In this document: positions 54,991 through 64,000 of the stretch, in pieces
Numbering within the stretch: position 1 is the stretch's first letter
Layout: every line of letters starts with the position of its first letter
Source of the DNA: the human T2T-CHM13v2.0 reference genome, Homo sapiens
Length of the DNA stretch: 64,000 nt
Assembly: GCF_009914755.1 (NCBI RefSeq)
Contig: NC_060925.1
Reading direction: 5' to 3' (one strand)
Made by a program: the position numbers and the translations under genes
Notes under the pieces: generated by a model
The model's database searches: none
The model's input: only the letters and a program-made list of their open reading frames with translations
Told to the model about the DNA's origin: nothing

Positions 54991-57903
54991 GGGCCACCTG
55001 CCTTGCTTTTGATTCCCCAAGGACAAAGAACTGCCAGTCCTCTGAAGCACCCTGATGATCCCACTGTGTGTTGGCCATGCCATCTCCTCTGCCCTGAGCG
55101 CTCTTCACTCTCCCCATTGCATGGTTAACTCCTGGGCCTCCTTTAAGGTTAGGCCCAACCATTACCTCCTCCAGGAAAACTTCCTTCCCTTCCACCCGGT
55201 CCACCTCTCAAGGCTGGGGCAAGTGAGCTCCCACCTCTATCCCATGCCTCTACAGTTTTCTGTATTTGTTTATCACTTGAGTTTATCACACTTTTTAAAT
55301 TTACCTGAAAATTGCCTTGTGTGTCTGTAACTAAGAGAAGATACTGACTATATTGTACTCATTGTTGCATCTCTAGTACTGAGTGCAATTTTAGGCATTT
55401 AGAAGGTATTTAATGTTTAAGAAATAAAGAACTCATAGACCCTCATACTGGGAAAGGCTTTAGAAGAAACGGAGACCCACAGGGGCAAAACAGCCTTGCA
55501 TTTCAACAGAGAGGCGGAGACGGATCTAAAAGTCAGCTCACTGGATTCCAGTCATTGCCTGTTGCCCTACACCACGCTGTTTTTGCCCCCTGCTGACACC
55601 CAATGCACTGAGCTCTCAAGCTGGTGAGAGAGCCTTCCAGCTCTACTGACCCTGCCATCTCCACCATGCCCTAAAGCCCAGCTTGATTCCCTCCCACCCA
55701 CTTCCTGGAAATCTTTGCTCTCAGAACTAACCTACTTCTTCACTAAACTTCTCCAGCAAACCCACTCCAAGGTTTTATCCTAAAGAAAGTATTTTAAAAG
55801 AAGAAAAACAAATAAATGCATGCATGAAGATACCCATTGGCAGCATTATCTGTAAAAGCTAAAAATTAGAAATGACAAAAATCTCCATATAATTAAATAA
55901 AATTAAATTCCTCTATATAATTTCCACATGAATAAAATTCCTAATTATATCATGCAAACTAAAACGAGTTTCACTGCAACATTGGAATATTTTTATTTTT
56001 ACTTTATTGTGTTACCAAACACTTCCATAGTATTTACTATATTTAGGAACTATTCTACTGAATATTAACTAATTTAAATCATCAAAAGAGCCCTATGAGA
56101 CAGGTGCTATTGTGATTCTCATTATTAGTCAGAACACATTTGTTTTGGTCTAACTTAAAATGGAATTTAAATGACACACAGTGAGAAACACTACGAGCCA
56201 CTTCAAATGTTTTTCTTCCATGGAGAACAGTGCAAGACACATTCTTTAAAAAACTTAGTTAAATGAGTTTTAAAACTTACAAGTTTAGATCAGACAAAAT
56301 GCATTGACTCACTGAAACTACTCCATTTTCACACAGCCACAGATCTGCAAGTCCATTTCATCATAACCATTAATAAATCACAAGACAGATGCTCCAAATT
56401 GCAGGTGTTGCTAATAGTGATAGCTCACATTTCTTAATGCTTTACAAGTATTATATCTGGTAATCCTATAACAATTCTGTAAAGTAGATATTATCGGTTA
56501 TAGCCATTTTACAGAGGAGGGAACTGAGATGCAAAGACCTCAAACGTAGTGTTCATGCACTCTAAGCTCAAACAGATAGTAAGGGGCAAAGCCAGGCTTC
56601 ACACCCAGGCAGTCTGACTTCTGGTGTCCCTGCCCATCTAGCCCCAGGCTGCCACTCAGGACAGCTTCAGAGTGAGCAACAGTCTTGAAGTATAGATGAC
56701 AGATGTGATAGATAAAGTAATCCTGTTACAAAGTTAAACATAATCACAGCTCTGAATTATTACAATTACAGAAAATTATTATAACATATTAATTTTTATT
56801 ATGTATATTAAGTTGTATTTGCATTGTATTTGCCAGTGGCTAATTATTATCCTGAGCAATGCTGGGTCACGTGGCTACTGGTTAATGATAAGGAAATTAC
56901 TAAACACGTTGTGGTACACTAATATTATGAAAGACCATGACGATGTGAAAGCTAAAAAAATGGAAAAAATGTAAAAGCAAAAAATATTTATAATATAGTA
57001 TTAAGCGAAAAAACAAACACACAATTCATATAATTACATATTACAAAAATGTAGATTTCACTATGCTTAAAATATTATTAAAAAGAAATGCATATTATCA
57101 AAAACTAGAAGGTAGTGTGAAAAATATGAAACTAATTTGTCTTTGGGTAGTAGGTTAAGATAATTATTTTTCTATTTTAAAAATCTTTTAGTAATATTAT
57201 ATTAAAATTTGTATAAATCTGAAAAAAAAAAAAAGAAAATCCGAATGCTTTCCAACTCATTTCTCTGTCCATCTGCCTTTAGTTTTCTAAGCAAACCCTA
57301 AAGTTTCTCTCTGCAGGCGGGGGCGAGGGCGTGTGCAGGGAGTGCTGATGGCAATCTAATATGTGAGCACTTTTGGTGAAATCAGTTTGGTTCAGTGTTA
57401 CAGCATCAATTTAATATTCTTTGTTATGGATGATAAATCATACTGAGTATAAAACAGATTCTAAAGGTTTGTGTAGAAATGTATAAAATGTATAGAAAAG
57501 TCTCTGGAAGATATCTCAGTTTGGAATGTGAAGGCATTTGTGAAATAATTAGGATAGTTTAACTGAGGCTGTGCCAAGAGATGACAATTTAACTAGGAAG
57601 GAAAATTGTCAGTTTCAGAAAGAGGATCACACTATTAAATGACCTAATTTTGTTAGACGGCCAACATCCCCAATATCGGAGTATTCATGAGTACAGTTAC
57701 TAGTGCTGAGGCTCTCAGAATTCTTAGCTAAAGACATTGATCATGGCTCTGACTGCCTAGGCTATGTGAAAAAACATGACGTACAAAAAGTAAGTAGAAG
57801 TATATTTTAATCAACAGAAACCTCATATTTGTTATTTCTGTTGAATGATAATTTTTGGAAACTCAGTAATTTACGTAAGAATATCTTTTAAATAAAGAAT
57901 GTG

Positions 57904-58192
57904 GGCCAGTCACGGTGGCTCACACCTGTAATCCCAGTACTTTGGGAGGCCGAGGCAAGTGGATCACTTGAGGTCAGGAGTTTGAGACCAGCCTGGCCAA
58001 CATGGCAAAACCCCGTCTCTACTTTAAAAAATACAAAAATTAGCCAGCATGGTGGCGTGTGCCTATAATCCCAGCTACTCGGGAGGCTGAGGTGGGAGAA
58101 TCACTTGAACCCAGAGGCAGAGGTTGCAGTGAGCCAAGATCGTGCCACTGCACTCCAGCCTGGGCAACAGAGCAAGACTCCATCTCAAAAAA
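57904..58192 (+). mobile_element. AluS element
   Basis: Alu consensus with TSD AAAGAATGTG. Confidence 0.93.
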
Positions 58193-59436
58193 GAATGTGA
58201 TTTTTTAGCCACAAACTAGGAGTCCTATTTATTGGAAAACTCACACATACACTAGGGAGAGGAGGGTGGTGCTTCGGCTGAGCTCTAAAAAGCAGTAATT
58301 TTTCATTTATAAAAGGGCATTTTATGAGTAGAAGACAAGTCATTATGATATTTAACTCAGGAACAGCCCTATTTCATATTCTGGCAGGAGTCAAGGGTAC
58401 AGAACCTCAAATGAAGGATAAAGAAGAGAAATGAAAGCTCTCTGAAGATTAACTTGTGGTTTGTCCTTTCCGTCCAAATAGAGATGGGTGCCTGGGAGGC
58501 CCCCCTTTTTCTGTTCTACATTACTCTTTCCTTTTCTGTTTCCTAATATACATACACTCCTACCTCTATACCTACCCCACCTTCACCCCCAAGCCTGAGG
58601 CTGCAGCCTGTCAAGGCCCTTCAATGTCACAGCCAGTGAGACCACCTTTCTTATGAGCCTACAACAAAAAGTAACTTGTCCCTTGCTCAATGCTGGACCC
58701 ACAAGAACGGATCCACAGTTATTTGAGCCTTATGGTTAGGCCTTTCAGATTCTTAGAATCTAAACAACAGATAAATCTCTTGCTAATATTGAAAGTCTCT
58801 TACAGCATAAATTTGAGGTTTCATTACACGAAAAGGCTCTCTACCAACAATGATGATACAAAGCAAGCAAAGACAAGAGGAGGACTTAGAACTCTGTCCT
58901 GCCACAAATGTACAGTCATAACTCGACAGAGCAGCAACCTTGCAAACGTAGGAGTCAAGGAAATACTTGTCTTCCTCCTGGTGAGTTTAGACTGTATCAT
59001 CTCTGAGAATGAATATTTGTCTTTGGGATGTTTGTGTGGACATCTGAGTAAACAGTTACCAGCTAGACACTTGGAAAACTAAGGAGGAGAGTCTGCAAGT
59101 CACCTGATAAGGAGAACTTGAACTTGAATGCGAACAGACTTAAGTATGCCTGCCCTGAGCTGTTCTGCAAAATTTGGAGTGCCAAGGCCGCTGTGGACTA
59201 TCCTATTAAGAGTGTCTGCAGCACTATTCTAGAATGAATAACTTAGACTTGAGGAATGCGGTGCTGAAGAAACCTTGTCAGGAGTGTAGGGAAGGATTCT
59301 AAGGCAAGAACAACTCTTATGAATGAGGTTGCCATTTCCCAGAAGATAGGTAGGAGTCACCCTGTAGAGTGGAAAGAGGAGTGGGATTAGAACTGGTAAC
59401 ACCCATGAGGGGACCCCCATAAAGTGTTTAACTTCA

Positions 59437-59722
<286 letters not shown>

Positions 59723-61213
59723 TTAGTGCTGTCTCTTGGAGTATGGGAGAAGTCATATTAGCATATAGTTTAGTTACCCCAACTGTACAATAAAATCTGA
59801 TAATCTTACACATGCTTGTGTGGTATTGTGAAGCAACCAGGCTATAAAGGAAAGGGTAGCTTACCCCATACTCATCGCCTCATGGGGGACTACACAGGGC
59901 CCAGCATCTATCAAGGAAACTGTTTCAGAATATGACCATCAAAAAAGGGAGCCGTTGTTCCCATTGAACCTGGAAATGATGAGGAGAAGCAAAGGATACT
60001 GGCCACTAAAAGCCTGGTGCCCAGCTCAAGAGCAGCCTGAATTAAACCCTCTATTGGAGGCCAGCTGATGATTACACTACAAATCTCTACTTGAGCTTAA
60101 TTTGGTAAATTCATTTTCTTAAATCCATTTTATCTAGATTTTAAAAATCATTAGCATAGTTACACAAATGACTCTCTATAATTAATTTCCACCGTATCGT
60201 GGCTACTTTCCATGTATCATTCCTAAACTTTTATAATGTCTTTTCTCTTTTTTAAATTGATTTGGCTCGCTGATATTTTATTTTATTGATTTTGTTTTCT
60301 ATTTGTATGTCTACCATTCCTCCCCCTGCCAGATGCACACACAAAACTGAATTTTTTTTATCAATTTTAAACAGGATTCTAACTTATTATATATTCTCCT
60401 TTTATCATTTCAAAATTCTCACCTCCTTTTTTTCTGATCATTTTTTAGCAATTCATTTGAAAATAAATGAATAGGAAATTTATTTTTAATCTTCTTGATT
60501 TAGGTAATGAAAATGTTTAAAGCTAGGAATTTTCCTTGCATTCTGCTTGGCCATACCTCACAGATTTTCCTCATAATGTTGCCACTATCACCGTTTTCAA
60601 TGCATTCTTAATTGCAGATTTGAAATTCCCTCTATCTTTTCAGAGTAAATGGGAAGAATTTTTTTCCAAGAAGTTAAAGTGTTTCTTTCTTCCATCTTTT
60701 GTTATTTATTTCAATTGTATTGTACTGTGGTCAGAAAATCCTGCCATAATAGATCAACTTTTCAAAACATATACTGAGGTTTACTTTTTGATCCATATGG
60801 TCAATTTTTTTAATGTCTCGTGGGCATTTGAAAATAAGGTATATTTTCTATTCTCAAAGTTCTGTGTGTGTGTGTGTGTCTTTTTCAATATAGATAGATA
60901 GGTATGACAACCTTATTAATTGTTTTGTTCTCAGAACACAATGTTAAGGGCTCAAACCTACTGTCAAGCAAACCTGGGTCCAACACTTTCTGTGTGATCT
61001 TGAGCATATCATTGACCACTCTAAATCCCAGTTATCATGGGATTAGTATCCCAATGACTGCGGAGCTTTGTAGACATTTCTTTCTGATGTTTAATGGAGT
61101 CCAAATAGTAGGTCTCTATAGGAATTCCTATTAAAATCTCCTGTCTTTCTTTACGCTCTAATGCCCTGAACTCCCAGAATCTTCTCACTCTTCTATGCCA
61201 ATAAAAATTCTCT

Positions 61214-61878
<665 letters not shown>

Positions 61879-62789
61879 TGAGTAAATGCCACTTGTCTTC
61901 AGTCCTAGTGCTTGAGAATCCATCCTCTGCTTTTCCCTGCCGATTCCTTGTCCTTTTTCTCCTCAAAGAACAGAGAAAGAAGCAGAAGCAGAGAAAATGG
62001 TGACAAACTCTCCACATGTTAATAAATGTTATCACAGCTATTTTTAAGTCTCATTACCTGCCTCACATGTGTCAAACCTTAGAATTCCAAAGAGCCACAT
62101 ACATCACCCAACTACCACAGTGAGTAGCATCCAGACAAGGTGAATTTTACAAGGTTACAAAGCTGCTCAGTTAACTTGTCCCAATCCAGTTTCCTCTCCA
62201 CTATTTTAGCCTGAACTTCTTGGGAATTTCCTGGCTGCATCATTTGTGATGGCTTCATCTTAATGCATGCAAATCAGTTCCCTTTAGTTTTTCCCTAAAT
62301 TTCCTAGTCCGGTTGACCAGATAAAAAAATGTGTAGAAGACTCTGCCTTCTATTCCTTCCTTCATCCCCCAGCTACCCACCTTTACACTCCCTCCTCATT
62401 GCTCCAGAAAGGAGCAAATCCAGAGTTGGTCTCATTCCAGAATCTGAGAAAGACACCACCTACTTCAGAAGAGCAGAAACTCTTTACAACACCAGGATTG
62501 GGAAGAGGTGGCTAAAGAAAAAGGAAAATCCTTACACAAAGAACTACCTGATACACATGAAAGCCTACACTGAGAACATCTCATCTAGGTCTTACCACCA
62601 AAAAGGCATTTTTTTCCCTCTCATAGAAACCACAAAGGTCTGAATCTGACCCAGAGGACTATCCTTTTCTAATCATGGAAAGGAATCTTGACTTGAAACT
62701 GTCCAAGAGCTCCAACCAATCCAGTAGCAAGAGAAAGGGTGGCCGGGGTGCCTACTGATGGGAGGAGCTCCTGAGCCCAGCCCTGGAGG

Positions 62790-63069
62790 CCTCAGAGTTC
62801 AGGGGCCCACTTAGATGATACCAGAGAGCAAGAGAGAGGAACTGGGGTTTGCGAACCTTGTGGCTTTGTCTGTTTCCTGTTTCAGCAAGGCTGCTGTGCA
62901 AAAAGAAAGACGGTACCAAGAAGGGACGTGTTAATGGGGCCCAGACCTATGGATTGAAAGCGTGTGCTTTACCCATCTGCTGTCTTGCTCCATCTGAGAC
63001 CAGAGCCAAGATCTGCCCAGGACTGGAATGCTTTCCCGAGTGGCTTGAGTTGGAGCCTGGGACTAGGAG
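62790..63069 (+). other. TRAF3IP3: Probable promoter and non-coding first exon of TRAF3IP3
   Basis: Non-repetitive sequence with ETS/PU.1-type motifs (GAGGAACT 62836-62843, TTCCTG 62874, TTTCCTGTGGC 63230-63240, CAGGAAGT 63529-63536) and a donor-like GAG|GTAACT at 63070. Gene identity comes from recalled synteny downstream of HSD11B1; no coding sequence is visible. Confidence 0.5.
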
Positions 63070-64000
63070 GTAACTGAGAAGGAGGATGCTTTTGTGTCCA
63101 GGTTTGGGAACTCCAACTTCGGGGTAGGGCAGAAGATGCTCTACCATCCCAGCTCCCCTGGGTGGAGAGTGGGTGGCATAGTTTAAGGGTGTCAGGGGTT
63201 TGGGTAACCAAGAAAGTATCCTGTATTGGTTTCCTGTGGCGCTAGCCATGGCACAGGGTACAGCTTGCACCACTCCTCTGTTCCAGTAGATTAGATTACA
63301 TTAGATTAGGAGTGAGTCAAACGACTTAGAGTTCAGGCTACCCAGTGATATGGGCATGAATTAAATGACCTTTTACAGTTTTCTTCAAAGCAGGGATCCC
63401 TGAACACAAGACTGCCTTCCCAGCAGCTTAAGCGCAGGCCCCTCTCCCCTCAGTTCACACTGAGAGCTCTGGGCCAGGAAGGCCAACCCATGCAGGAAGC
63501 CATTCATTGTCTCCATTACAAACATGGCCAGGAAGTAAAAGCGAGACTCAGAAAGGCATGTCAAGCCACAGTCAGGTGAGGAGCCATGCCCTGTTCTCTC
63601 TCTGCAGCCTGAGAGACCAGGCTGAGCCTTCCCAGCCAGTAAACCTTCTTCCTCCAAGCTCTAAGTGAGCCCAGTCATGCTGCCAGGGGGGAACCTGAGA
63701 GATGCCAGAAAGCCTGGGCAGTGGCCAAGTGATCTTTCTTTGAACCCTACAGGGACCAGTTCCCTTTTCTTTAGCAGCCTACCCCTGTCAGCCGTCCCAC
63801 ATACCTTCTTGTTTTCAAGCAAGTCAGTAGGGTCCAGATATCCCAGAAACCTGGGTAGGGTTCTATGCAGCATGCTGCACCAAATCCTAGCAGGTGTGGT
63901 AGCCAAGGCATCTGGGAACACTCCCCTCTCTAAGGAGCCATTTCCACTGCAGCTCCTTTCTTGGGTAAGAAGGCTCCATGTCTGCCCCAAGGAAGCAGAG

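Overview
This is human (primate) genomic DNA at the HSD11B1 locus, not a microbial window. All six coding exons of HSD11B1 (11-beta-hydroxysteroid dehydrogenase type 1) lie on the + strand. They join as 11690-11777, 12557-12687, 13455-13566, 13689-13874, 39194-39337 and 41062-41279 (879 nt, 292 aa plus stop, all GT-AG introns), with the proximal TATA-less promoter and 3' UTR. Downstream are a disabled, intronless ADORA2B retrocopy (ADORA2BP1), an orphan CpG-rich element with CTCF-like motifs (about 54.4-54.9 kb), and a probable TRAF3IP3 promoter and non-coding first exon at the right edge (identified by recalled synteny). The rest is mostly transposon-derived: Alu, L1, L2, THE1/MLT1 MaLR LTRs and DNA-transposon fossils; subfamily names are by-eye calls. 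I do not see a new gene system. The most unusual features are structural: a tandem-duplication/palindrome/hairpin cluster at 45.8-46.0 kb, a tail-less fused inverted Alu pair at 61.2-61.8 kb, a 180-bp duplication with a perfect decoy splice donor just after exon 4, a nested L1 stack with a twin-primed L1, an in-frame Kozak ATG in intron 1, and signs that the retrocopy captured a long-3'-UTR mRNA.
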